Shown here piece by piece: positions 1 to 19,500 of a DNA stretch of 64,000 bases. Both the position numbers and the translations under genes were made by a program. The notes below the pieces were generated by a model, which had not been told where the DNA came from, did no database searches, and saw nothing but the letters and a program-made list of their open reading frames with translations. Each line of letters opens with the position of its first letter. Position 1 is the stretch's first letter. Source of the DNA: Dendrobates tinctorius. Taxonomy: Eukaryota. The DNA lies in contig NW_027361738.1 of assembly GCF_039654945.1 (NCBI RefSeq), forward strand, positions 86,676,001 to 86,740,000, read 5' to 3'.

Positions 1-689
1 GGTTTAATAGATTGTTTCAAAGTTGATTTGAAAGGTTCCGCTACATCAAAGAGTTGAGATCACTATGAATAAAGAAACAGCTTTGCCACCAGGACATGTT
101 TCACTGATGGTACAGTATATTGTAAAGTATGACTGGTAGGGATCCAAGTGATCCCACCAACAAGGAGAACGTATTGGCAACTTTGCTAGAAAAGAGCCAT
201 CAGATTCACACAATTTGTAGAACCTCTCCATTGTTGGAGCGAAGGTCCTTCGAAAAGACAACTAGCAGGAGGAGGCATGATTCCGCTCATCTACAGATCA
301 TAGCAATTGGACCCCATCTGAGGGGGCATTTATTTAGCAGAAAATTATATTCTGGTGCAAAAATATTGGAGAAAATTAAACCAAGCTACAATTGGTGTAA
401 AAAAAAAAATGCAAAGTTTCCCCAGAATGCTTATTAAGCCCTTTTATATATTTATTCCAACTAAATATGTTAATGGTTATAATTTGGAGAAAAGTTTTGG
501 AATATTTCTTTTTTTTGTACGATAATTTTGTTTTTCAGTTTAATTTTATTAAAAATATAATATAAAAATAAATGAAAAAATAACAGAATGAACCGGCGCA
601 TAGTGATACGTATACACTCCTCAACATTGAAATTGCAATTGTGACGTTCCATTATAAAGGCTTCTTTATGGCATTGCCCACTTGGTCTT

Positions 690-1370
690 CAGTTGGAATG
701 GAGGCTGAAATGGAGGCCTATCCTCCTCAGCAATGAGTCCTGCTTTTGTCTTGGACCCGATGTTAGCTGGAAATTTGTCTGGAGACCACGTTGGCAATGC
801 CATGAAGAGTCCTTCATGAGGGATCGTCACATAAGTGCTACTCCTGGGATTATGGTGCGAGGTGACATAATGTCAAATACTGTACAAGATGCCTCTAGTC
901 TTCATTCTAGGTTCACTCACTTACATAGATTTGGTTATGGAACTATAGGTTCAGCAATTTCTCCAAAGGGTCCCAACTCAACTCAACAATGCCAGGCTCC
1001 ATGTTGCTCTAGCTACTGTGTGCAGACTGTGTGGCGTCTCCAGACTTGTCTCCCATCAAGCACATCTGCGACGCCACTGGTCAATAATTGCACAGGCAGC
1101 GACCAGCAGCAGATCTGCATCATTTGCCCAAGTGGATTCAGCGGCAGAACATTCCTCAGAAGACCATAAATAATCTCACTAATAGTAGCCGAGGCTGTAA
1201 GTGTGGGGATTTCTACATATGGTGCTCACACTCCAAACTGGATAAATCGAGAGGCTTTGAAAACTTTGTTTCCATTTTTCATCATTTGCAGATCTGTAAC
1301 TTGTCTCCATCCTCGTATTTCCATAACTCAATGAGTTTTCTATCTTGCTGTTGCAATTCCAAAGCTGAGT
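690..1370 (+). mobile_element. Decayed Tc1/mariner transposase remnant
   Basis: ORF 693..1169 has W-x-x-ILLSNESCFCL and VWRPR, resembling the Tc1 'VLFSDESRFCL...VWR' motif. Frameshifted; ends unclear. Confidence 0.55.
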
Positions 1371-1435
1371 AGTGTTATGTCTCACCAGGCAAGGTGGATC
1401 CTTGAAGAGATTCCAAAGACAAACTGATAGGGAAA

Positions 1436-1537
1436 TTAGATTGTGAGCTCCATCAGGGACAGTGATCATAATGTGTGCAAACTGTAAAGCGCTGCGGAAT
1501 ATGTTAGCGCTATATAAAAATAAAGATTATTATTATT
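1436..1537 (+). mobile_element. L2-type LINE/SINE 3' tail fragment
   Basis: Contains gtaaagcgctgcggaatatgttagcgctatataaaaataaag followed by (ATT)n, the same tail as the L2 copies at 3184 and 12208. Confidence 0.65.
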
Positions 1538-3183
1538 GGTCCAAATGTGCAGTTCTGATGCAGCACAGATAAATAGCATTAATGCAGCAGAGAGATCCAG
1601 TCGGAATAGTGGAGGTAGCAGGATGGCAAATGAAGGAGCAAACTTGGAACCATTGGAACCGATGATGTAGAGTAAAAATCATGGAAACTGGTGTAGCAGC
1701 GTTGGCAGCAATGTTGCAAAGTTGACTCAGCGACAAGGAACGAGAGCAGAGCTGAGTGACAGAGGAGATTTTGAGGCCAAACTTGTCCAGCGGTATCATA
1801 GACTCAACTTGTCAAAGCAGAAGAACCGAGTCTGTCACAGAGTCCAAGGCAGCACTAGGGGGGATACTTAGCGATAGGTCTGTGAGTCCTGGCAGAATGC
1901 TCAAGGGGTGTAAAAGTCCACGCTATGGCGAGAACAGATAACTATCTAAACATATATAGGTTGGCTATAGGGCTTGGGAAAGTGACATCCCAGAGGCGTG
2001 TTGGCCTGCTGCCTCAGCAAAGGAAAAAACAGAATTGGCAGCAGCAAAAAAGGCAACTGGCATGGCTAAATTATAAAATTATTTAGGTTTTTATAGTGAG
2101 GAAATTCGCTTTTACATAGTATTAAAGTTTGTGGCTGTTTTGATCGGTTTTGCATATCCTCATATCACGGTTCAAGTACAAACTTTCTGTGCGTCTCCTG
2201 ACCCCAACCTAATAACCTCACAGGCTTATATGACACGGCTTCAATCCTAGCTTATTGAAGGCTGAAAAAAAGAAGTAACTTTTATTTCTGTATTCAGATT
2301 CAAAAGCTTTATTTTTAATAAACTAATTCTCATTGTTAAATTCCTCACCACCTCTAACTACACATGTACTTTGGCCAATAGTTTGAGAACTGGGCTTATG
2401 TCACGTAATGTTAACTTTCTTAAATTTCGTAAATTTCTAGTTCAAACTTAGACTAGTGAGTCCAAGAATGCACAAGAAATCAACAGCATGAGAGGACTAC
2501 ATATACATTGTACTATTAGGCAGATTTATTAAGCTAAATTATTAGGATTCTGGATTACAGTGGGTATGGAAAGTATTCAGACCCCTTTAAATTTTTCACT
2601 CTTTGTTTCATTGCAGCCATTGGGTAAATTAAAAAAAAGTTCATTTTTTTTCTCATTATCTCATGAATGTACACTCTGCCCCACATCTTGACTGAAAAAA
2701 CTCCCAGAAATGTAGAAATGTTTGCAAATTTATTAAAAAAGAAAAACTGAAATATCACATGGTCATAAGTCTTCAGACCCTTTTCTCAGTATTGAGTAAA
2801 CGCACCTTTTGAGCTAGTACAGCCATGAGTCTTCTTGGGAATGATGCAACAAGTTTTTCACCCCTGGATTTGGGGATCCTCGGCCATTCTTCCTTGCAGA
2901 TCCTCTCCAGTTCCGTCAGGTTGGATGGTGAAAGTTGGTGAACAGCCATTTTCAGGTCTCTCCAGAGATGCTCAATTGGGTTTAGGTCAGGGCTCTGGCT
3001 GGGCCAGTCAAGAATGATCACAGAATTGTTCTGAAGCCACTCCTTTGTTATTTTAGCTGTGTACTTAGGGTCATTGTCTTGTTGGAAGGTGAACATTTGG
3101 CCAAGTCTGAGGTCCAGAGCACTCTGGAAGAGGTTTTCATCCAGGATATCTCTGTACTTAGCCGCATTCATGTTTCCTTCAAT

Positions 3184-4573
3184 TAATAATAATAATAATA
3201 ATAATCTTTATTTATATAGCGCCAACATATTCCGCAGCGCTTTACAGTTTAACAGTTTCAACACACAGGTCATAAGTAACAACATTAACAATACAGTAAT
3301 TAAAGTAAAATAAGACGACCCTGCTCGTGAGAGCTTACAATCTACAATGAGGTGGGGGAGATACAAAGTACAGGTGTGTATGTACAATGATGTATTTACA
3401 ATGATGGTCCAGCCATCTTGAGAAGGTGGAGGACAGAGATAGTGAATGGGCTACATACTCACACTTGCACATAGAATGACTTTGATTAGTGAACGTGATA
3501 GGCTGCTCTGAATAGATGTGTTTTGAGAGAGCGCCTAAAACTGTGCAAATTGTGGATAGTCCTAATTTCTTGGGGTAGAGCATTCCAGAGGATTGGCGCA
3601 GCGCGGGAGAAGTCTTGGAGTCGGGAGTGGGAGGTACGGATTAATGTAGAGGTTAGTCGAAAGTCTTTAGCAGAGCGCAGCGGTCGGCTAGGCCGATAGA
3701 CAGAAATGAGGGAGGAGATGTAGGGGGGTGCTGCACTGTGGAGAGCTTTGTGAGTGAGAACAAGTACTTTGAATTGAATCCTATAATGAATGGGCAGCCA
3801 GTGTAAGGACTGGTGAAGAGCGGACACGTCTGAGTACCGATTAGCCAGATAGATGACCCTGGCTGCTGCATTAAGTATGGACTGGAGAGGGGAAAGTCGA
3901 GTAGCGGGGAGGCCAATTAATAGAGCATTGCAGTAGTCCAGGCGGGAGTGGATCAACGCGACAGTGAGGGTTTTTGTTGTTTCCATGGTGAGAAAAGGGC
4001 GAATTCTGGAGATGTTCTTTAGGTGTAAGCGGCAAGAGCGGGCAAGACATTGTATATGGGATGTGAAGGAGAGGTTGGTGTCAAATATAACACCCAGACA
4101 GCGCGCCTGCTGCCGGGGAGTTATGATGGTGCCACCCACGGAGAGGGAAATGTTAGATTTAGGGAGGTTAGTAGATGGCGGAAGCAGAAGTTCAGTTTTT
4201 GAGAGGTTAAGTTTCAGACAGACAGCGGACATGACGTTGGAGACTGCGGACAGACAGTCACTGGCGTTCTGTAGTATAGCGGGGGTAAGGTCAGGGGATG
4301 ACGTATATAGTTGTGTGTCATCAGCATAAAGATGGTACTGAAAACCAAATCTGCTGATGGTCTGTCCAATTGGGGCTGTGTAGGCAGAGAAGAGAAGGGG
4401 GCCAAGGACTGAGCCCTGAGGTACCCCGACAGCGAGAGGAAGAGAAGATGACGTGGAGCCAGCGAACAAAACACTGAAGGAGCGGTCAGAGAGATAGGAA
4501 GAGAACCAGGAGAGAGCGATGTCCTTAATGCCTAGTGAATGGAGCCTAAGGAGTAGGAGACAGTGGTCAACAG
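3184..4573 (-). mobile_element. 5'-truncated L2 LINE with reverse transcriptase C-terminal half
   Basis: RT motifs [14 protein letters not shown] and SRLDYCN in ORF 3486..~4575. (TAA)n tail at 3184-3204. It splits the Tc1 sequence ttccttcaatt/attgcaacc. Confidence 0.92.
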
Positions 4574-4587
4574 ATTGCAACCAGTCA

Positions 4588-10377
<5,790 letters not shown>

Positions 10378-10426
10378 CAGGGAATCTTATATCTCATAGT
10401 CTGGGAGTCCGTCATGTATTCTTTAA

Positions 10427-10750
10427 AGGGAATCTGTCACCTATTTTTTCGTATATACGATGCGGCCACCGCCAGCATTCTGTAATGCTGTAGATAAGCC
10501 CCCGATGTAACCTGACAGAGAAGAAAAATTAGTTATATTATACTCACTCAGGGGCGGTCCAGGTCCGATGGGTGTCGCGGTCCAGCGCCTCCCATCTTCT
10601 AGAGATGACGTCCTCTTCTTTGATTCCTGTCGTGGCTCAGGCGCACTGCACTACCCTGTTGAGGGCAGAGCAGTGTACTGCAGTGCGCAGGCACCAGACC
10701 TCTCTGACCTTTCCCGGTGCCTGCGCACTGCAGTACTCTGCTCTGCCCTG
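10427..10750. mobile_element. Truncated TTAA-targeting (T2/Kolobok-type) MITE
   Basis: TTAA|AGGGAATCTGTCACC start, same family as 50208-50821 and 54330-54846. The right half is missing. Confidence 0.75.
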
Positions 10751-12205
10751 TTTTTTTTCAGTCAAGATGGAGTGCAGAGTGTACGTTAATGAGAAAAAAT
10801 GAACTTTTTTTAATTTACTAAATGGCCTGCAATGAACCAAAGAGTGAAAAATGTAAAGAGGTCTGAATATTCGACGTACCCACTGTATACCTTGTACCAT
10901 ACCATATGTAGTATGCATTTTAGACATTTTTTGTAGTTCACTTGACAGGGAGCGTACCTTAAATAAAATGTTGTATGGTTTAACATGTAACAGTATGAAT
11001 TGAAACTGAGTCCAAATTTTTTTCATCACAAAGTATTGGAGCAAAGTAAGTTGAGCAATAGATGGCGTAAAGTTAGACAAAAGCATCTAACCTATATTGC
11101 AGATAATTTTGGAGCATGTTTAGTTTGTCTGATCTAAGCACTCAATTTTTTTTTAAAGTGCCAGGTGGGCTGAAAATAGCCAAAAAAACAAAAATTACAA
11201 AATATTTGCACAAATATCCCTGGCATATAATATTATGACTTTTTGAATCCGCAAACTGGAAAAGAGGGCAGCGGTGTTGGAGAAGGGGACAAAAGGGCAA
11301 TTGTGCAAAACTTTCTATGGGTGCAAACTTTTATGGGACAGTGCACCTCACTGTCGCTAAAAGGGTCCAGGACCAGATTAGCACTGGGGTTGCCATTGAC
11401 AAAGCAAGAAATCTCGAAACTCACTGACAAGAATAACTTCTTTTTCGAGAGGCAGGTAGTGCGCTTCCTACTTCCCGAAGCAATCAACCGTTATAGGTGG
11501 TCTATGTGTGTTTATTAGAATGACATTGTTATGAATATGCTTCTCAGGATCTTTGTCCTCTCTTGCGCTGCCTGTCTATGCAGAGCGCAGCAGCCAGTGA
11601 TAAGTTCAGCCTCCGTCATATTCACTGTATATGGGACTGCTGAAAAAAGCCCAATATAGCACTTGGCTACTTCTGGTAATCACATAGACCAGTGATGGCG
11701 AACCTTTTAGAGACCGAGTGCCCAAACTGCAATCTAAAACCCACTTATTTATCGCAAAGTGCCAACACGGCAATTTAACCGGAATACTGAGGTTTTAAAT
11801 TAGAAACACAACTCCTACATTAAAGCGCGCTACAGCAAAGAGCTTATAAGCCCTGCACTCCCAGCCTAAGATACTAGCCATCGACTGCAGTGTAGGTCTG
11901 ATCTTTAGGATGAAGGGCATTTTTATTCAAAAGTAAAATTGCCAATTTATTTTTAAAACTTCTTTGCAATTGCAGCCCTTTATCATGATGAGAACAAACC
12001 CTTTAAGAATGGGATGTGAAACTAAATACACAGAGGGCCAAAATTAAAAGCTTTGACAAAGTCGCGGGAAAAAACCTTGATATGTTAAAAAAAAAGTCTA
12101 CAATTAAGTTTTTCCTTATCAAAGAAAATGATTAACTTTTGGAATTATAGTGGAATAATGTAATGTTATCTAACAGCAGTAAAAAGCATATGGCCCAATG
12201 GCCGG

Positions 12206-12207
<2 letters not shown>

Positions 12208-12259
<52 letters not shown>

Positions 12260-13292
12260 TTTATTTCTATAGCGCTGACATATTCCGCAGCACTTTACAT
12301 TTCAGAGGGGATTTGTACAGACAATAGACATTACAGCATTAACAATAATCACATAGATCATAACAAATACCAAGAGGAATGAGGGCCCTGCTCGCAAGCT
12401 TACAGTCTATGAGGAAAGAGGTAGACACGAAAGGTGGGTGGTAACAATTGCCCTGATTGTATGGACCAGCCATAATGTTAAGTGTGTAACAGTACAGACA
12501 CAGAGGGCTAATGGATGCATAAAGCATGTGGGAACATGATGCGGGGAACCTGGTTATGGTAAAATTTTGGCTGTGCCACACAGGGATAGATTAGGTTAAT
12601 GTGTTGAGGCGATAGGCCAGTCTGAATAAATGCGTTTTCAGGGCACGCTTAAAATTGTGGGGATTGGGGACTAATCGTATTGACCTGGGACGTGCATTCC
12701 AAAGAATGGTGCAGCACATGTATAGTCTTGAAGACGGGAGTGGGAGGTTCTGATTATTGAGGATGCTAACCTCAGGTCATCAGCAGAACGGAGGGCGCGG
12801 GTAGGATGGTATACTGAAACAAGGGGGGAGATGTAGGGTGGTGCTGAGACATGGAGGGCTTTGTGGGTGAGGGTAATAAGTTTGTACTGGATTCTGGAGT
12901 GGATGGGAAGCCAGTGTAATGACTGGCACAAGGTAGAGGCATCGGTGTAACGATTGGCGAGGAATATGATCCTGGCAGCTGCACTGAAGACAGATTGGAG
13001 GGGAGAGAGTTTGGTAAGAGGGAGACCGATTAGAAGGGAGTTACAATAGTCGAGACGAGAATGAATAAGAGAAACAGTAAGAGTTTTTGCAGAGTCAAAA
13101 GTAAGAAACGGTCGAATTCTAGAAATGTTTTTGAGGTGCAGATAACAAGAGCGAGCCAGTGATTGGATGTGGGGGACAAAGGAAAGCTCAAAGTCAAGTA
13201 TGACCCCAAGACAGCGGGCATGTTGCTGGGGAGTAATAGTAGAACCACATACGGAAATGGCAATGTCGGGTATAGGTACATTAGTAGCGGGA
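12208..13292 (-). mobile_element. 5'-truncated L2 LINE inside the hAT element
   Basis: (AAT)n tail at 12208-12257. ORF 12671..13333 encodes the L2 RT C-terminus (RCLGVILD, SRLDYCNSLL, LHWLP). Confidence 0.88.
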
Positions 13293-13560
13293 TATAAATA
13301 TGTAAAGGATACATTAACACAGTATTCCTCCATGCACAGTATGATGACCCTACTTTACTCCGCTCCCTCAATTCCCCCAACAAAGAATGATGAACCCATT
13401 ACAGTGAGATTCTCCAAAGGTAATCCCCACACAGCTCTCCATACAGTATAATATGCACAAAATGTCCTCCATACAGTACAATGGTTCCACATAGTCCTTC
13501 ATACAGCGCAATCGGCCTCACATAGTGCTCCATAGAGTGTAATGGGTCCTACACTGTCCT

Positions 13561-16500
13561 GCAAAAAGTATAATGGGCTCCACATAGTGATTCATACTTG
13601 TATAATAGCCACACATATGATGCTGCATACTGTATAATGGCCCCACATGATGCTCCATACTGTATAATGGCGCCACATGATGCTCCATACTGTATAATGG
13701 CCCCACATGATGCTCCATACTGTAAAATGGTCCCACATGATGCTCCATACTGTATAATCGCCCCACATGATGCTCCATACTGTATAATAGCCCCACATGA
13801 TGCCCCATACTGTATAATGGCCCCACATGATGCCCCATACTGTATAATGGCCCCACACGATGCTCCATACTGTATAATGGCCACACATGATGCTCCATAC
13901 TGTATAATGGCCACACATGATGCTCCATACTGTATAATGGCGCCACATGATGCTCCATATTGTATAATGGCCACACATGATGCTCCATGCTGTATAATGG
14001 CCCCACATGATGCTCCATGCTGTATAATGGCCCCACATGATGCTCCATACTGTAAAATGGCCCCACATGATGCTCCATACTGTATAATGGCCCCACATGA
14101 TGCTCCATACTGTATAATGGCCCCACACGATGCTCCATACTGTATAATGGCCACACATGATGCTCCATACTGTATAATGGCCCCACATGATGCTCCATAC
14201 TGTATAATGGCCCCACACAATGCTCCATACTGTATAATGGCCCCATATGATGCTCCATACTGTATAATGGCCCCACACGATGCTCCATACTGTATAATGG
14301 CCACACATGATGCTCCATACTGTATAATGGCCCCACATGATGCTCCATACTGTATAATGGCCCCACACAATGCTCCATAGTGTATAATGGCCCCACACAA
14401 TGCTCCATACTGTATAATGGCCCCATATGATGCTCCATACTGTATAATGGCCCCACATGATGCTCCATACTGTATAATGGCCCCACATGATGCTCTATAC
14501 AGTATAATAGCCCCACATGATGCCCCATACTGTATAATGGCCCCACATGATGCCCCATACTGTATAATGGCCCCACACGATGCTCCATACTGTATAATGG
14601 CCACACATGATGCTCCATACTGTATAATGGCCCCACATGATGCTCCATACTGTATAATGGCCCCACATGATGCTCCATACTGTAAAATGGCCACACATGA
14701 TGCTCCATGCTGTATAATGGCCCCACATGATGCTCCATGCTGTATAATGGCACCACATGATGCTCCATACTGTAAAATGGCCCCACACGATGCTCCATAC
14801 TGTATAATGGCCACACATGATGTTGCATACAGTATAATGGCCCCACATGATGCTCCATACCATATAATGGCCCCACACGATGCTCCATACTGTATAATGA
14901 CCACACATGATGCTCCATATTGTATAATGGCCCCACATGATGCTGCATACAGTATAATGGCACCACATGATGCTCCATACAGTATATTGGCCCCACATGA
15001 TGTTGCATACAGTATATTGGCCCCACATGATGATCCATACTGTATAATGGCCCTACATGATGTTGCATACAGTATAATGGCCCCACATGATGCTCCATAC
15101 TGTATAATGGTCACACATGATGCTCCGTACAGTAAAATGGCCCCACATGATGCTGCATACTGTCTAATGGCCCCACACAATGCTCCATACTGTATAATGT
15201 CCCCACGTGATGCTCCATACAGTATAATGGCCCCACATTATGCTCCATACTGTATAATGGCCCCACATGATGCTGCATACTGTATAATGGCCCCACATGA
15301 TGCTCCATACTGTATAATGGCCCCACACAATGCTCCCTACTGTATAATGGCCCCACATGATGCTCCATACTGTATAATGGCCCCACACAATGCTCCATAC
15401 TGTATAATGGCCCCACATGATGCTCCATACTGTATAATAGCCCCACATGATGCTCCATACAGTATAATGGCCCCACACAATGCCCCATACTGTATAATGG
15501 CCCCACATGATGCTCCATACTGTATAATGGCCCCACATGATGCTCCATACTGTACAATGGCCCCGCACGATGCTCCATACTGTATAATGGCCACACATGA
15601 TGCTCCATACTGTATAATGGCCACACATGATGTTGCATACAGTATAATGGCCCCACATGATGCTCCATACTGTATAATGGCCCCATATGATGCTCTATAC
15701 TGTATAATGGCCCCACACAATGCTCCATACTGTATAATGGCCCCACACAATGCTCCATACTGTATAACGGCCCCACATGATGCTCCATACTGTATAATGG
15801 CCCCACACAATGCTCCATACTGTACAATGGCCCCACATGATGCTCGATACTGTATAATGGCCCCACATGATGCTCCATACTGTATAATGGCCACACATGA
15901 TGTTGCATACAGAATAATGGCCCCACATGATGCTCCATACTGTATAATGGCCCCACATGATGCTCCATACAGTATAATGGCCCCACATGATGCTCTAAAC
16001 AGTATAATGGCCCCACATGATGCCCCATACTGTATAATGGCCCCACATGATGCCCCATACTGTATAATGGCCCCACACGATGCTCCATACTGTATAATGG
16101 CCACACATGATGCTCCATACTGTATAATGGCCCCACATGATGCTCCATACTGTATAATGGCCCCACATGAGGCTCCATACTGTAAAATGGCCCCACACGA
16201 TGCTCCATACTGTATAATGGCCACACATGATGCTCCATACTGGATAATGGCCCCACATGATGCTGCATACAGTATAATGGCACCACATGATGCTGCATAC
16301 TGTATAATGGCCCCACATGATGCTCCATACTGTATAATGGCCCCACATGATGCTCCATACTGTATAATGGCCCCACATGATGCTCCATACTGTAAAATGG
16401 TCCCACATGATGCTCCATACTGTATAATCGCCCCACATGATGCTCCATACTGTATAATGGCCCCACATGATGCCCCATACTGTATAATGGCCCCACATGA

Positions 16501-19500
16501 TGCCCCATACTGTATAATGGCCCCACACGATGCTCCATACTGTATAATGGCCACACATGATGCTCCATACTGTATAATGGCCACACATGATGCTCCATAC
16601 TGTATAATGGCGCCACATGATGCTCCATACTGTATAATGGCCACACATGATGCTCCATGCTGTATAATGGCCCCACATGATGCTCCATGCTGTATAATGG
16701 CCCCACATGATGCTCCATACTGTAAAATGGCCCCACATGATGCTCCATACTGTATAATGGCCCCACATGATGCTCCATACTGTATAATGGCCCCACACGA
16801 TGCTCCATACTGTATAATGGCCACACATGATGCTCCATACTGTATAATGGCCCCACATGATGCTCCATACTGTATAATGGCCCCACACAATGCTCCATAC
16901 TGTATAATGGCCCCATATGATGCTCCATACTGTATAATGGCCCCACACGATGCTCCATACTGTATAATGGCCACACATGATGCTCCATACTGTATAATGG
17001 CCCCACATGATGCCCCATACTGTATAATGGCCCCACACGATGCTCCATACTGTATAATGGCCACACATGATGCTCCATACTGTATAATGGCCACACATGA
17101 TGCTCCATACTGTATAATGGCGCCACATGATGCTCCATACTGTATAATGGCCACACATGATGCTCCATGCTGTATAATGGCCCCACATGATGCTCCATGC
17201 TGTATAATGGCCCCACATGATGCTCCATACTGTAAAATGGCCCCACATGATGCTCCATACTGTATAATGGCCCCACATGGTGCTCCATACTGTATAATGG
17301 CCCCACACGATGCTCCATACTGTATAATGGCCACACATGATGCTCCATACTGTATAATGGCCCCACATGATGCTCCATACTGTATAATGGCCCCACACAA
17401 TGCTCCATACTGTATAATGGCCCCACATGATGCTCCATACTGTATAATGGCCCCATATGATGCTCCATACTGTATAATGGCCCCACACAATGCTCCATAC
17501 TGTATAATGGCCCCACACAATGCTCCATACTGTATAATGGCCCCACATGATGCTCCATACAGTATAATGACCCCACACGATGCTCCATACTGTATAATGG
17601 CCCCACATGATGCTGCATACTGTATAATGGCCCCACATGATGCTCCATACTGTATAATGGCCCCACATGATGCTCCATACTGTATAATGGCCCCACATGA
17701 TGCTCCATACTGTAAAATGGTCCCACATGATGCCCCATACTGTATAATCGCCCCACATGATGCTCCATACCGTATAATAGCCCCACATGATGCCCCATAC
17801 TGTATAATGGCCCCACATGATGCTCCATACTGTATAATGGCCCCACATGATGCTCCATACTGTAAAATGGCCACACATGATGCTCCATGCTGTATAATGG
17901 CCCCACATGATGCTCCATGCTGTATAATGGCACCACATGATGCTCCATACTGTAAAATGGCCCCACACGATGCTCCATACTGTATAATGGCCACACATGA
18001 TGTTGCATACAGTATAATGGCCCCACATGATGCTCCATACCGTATAATGGCCCCACACGATGCTCCATACTGTATAATGACCACACATGATGCTCCATAT
18101 TGTATAATGGCCCCACATGATGCTGCATACAGTATAATGGCACCACATGATGCTCCATACAGTATATTGGCCCCACATGATGCTGCATACAGTATATTGG
18201 CCCCACATGATGATCCATACTGTATAATGGCCCTACATGATGTTGCATACAGTATAATGGCCCCACATGATGCTCCATACTGTATAATGGCCCCACACAA
18301 TGCTCCATACTGTATAATGGCCCCACGTCATGCTCTATACAATATAATGGCCCCACATTATGCTCCATACTGTATAATGGCCCCACATGATGCTGCATAC
18401 TGTATAATGGCCCCACATGATGCTCCATACTGTATAATGGCCCCACACAATGCTCCATACTGTATAATGGCCCCATATGATGCTCCATACTGTATAATGG
18501 CCCCACACAATGCTCCATACTGTATAATGGCCCCACACGATGCTCCATACTGTATAATGGCCCCACATGATGCTCCATACTGTATAATGGCCCCACACAA
18601 TGCTCCATACTGTATAATGGCCCCACATGATGCTCCATACTGTATAATGGCCCCACACAATGCCCCATACTGTATAATGGCCCTACATGATGCTCCATAA
18701 TGTATAATAGCCCCACATGATGCTCCATACAGTATAATGGCCCCACACAATGCCCCATACTGTATAATGGCCCCACATGATGCTCCATACTGTATAATGG
18801 CCACACATGATGTCGCATACAGTATAATGGCCCCACATGATGCTCCATACTGTATAATGGCCCCATATGATGCTCTATACTGTATAATGGCCCCACACAA
18901 TGCTCCATACTGTATAATGGCCCCACACAATGCTCCATACTGTATAACGGCCCCACATGATGCTCCATACTGTATAATGGCCCCACACAATGCTCCATAC
19001 TGTACAATGGCCCCACATGATGCTCGATACTGTATAATGGCCCCACATGATGCTCCATACTGTATAATGGCCACACATGATGCTCCATACTGTATAATGG
19101 CCCCACACGAAGCTCCATACTGTATAATGGCCACACATGATGTTGCATACAGAATAATGGCCCCACATGATGCTCCATACTGTATAATGGCCCCACATGA
19201 TGCTCCATACAGTATAATGGCCCCACATGATGCTCTAAACAGTATAATGGCCCCACATGATGCCCCATACTGTATAATGGCCCCACATGATGCCCCATAC
19301 TGTATAATGGCCCCACACGATGCTCCATACTGTATAATGGCCACACATGATGCTCCATACTGTATAATGGCCCCACATGATGCTCCATACTGTATAATGG
19401 CCCCACATGAGGCTCCATACTGTAAAATGGCCCCACACGATGCTCCATACTGTATAATGGCCACACATGATGCTCCATACTGGATAATGGCCCCACATGA

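Noticed and set aside
1-2550. Short ORFs at 1-440 and 1533-1941
   Set aside because: I recognise no domain or splice structure. They are probably decayed repeats, but I cannot assign a family.
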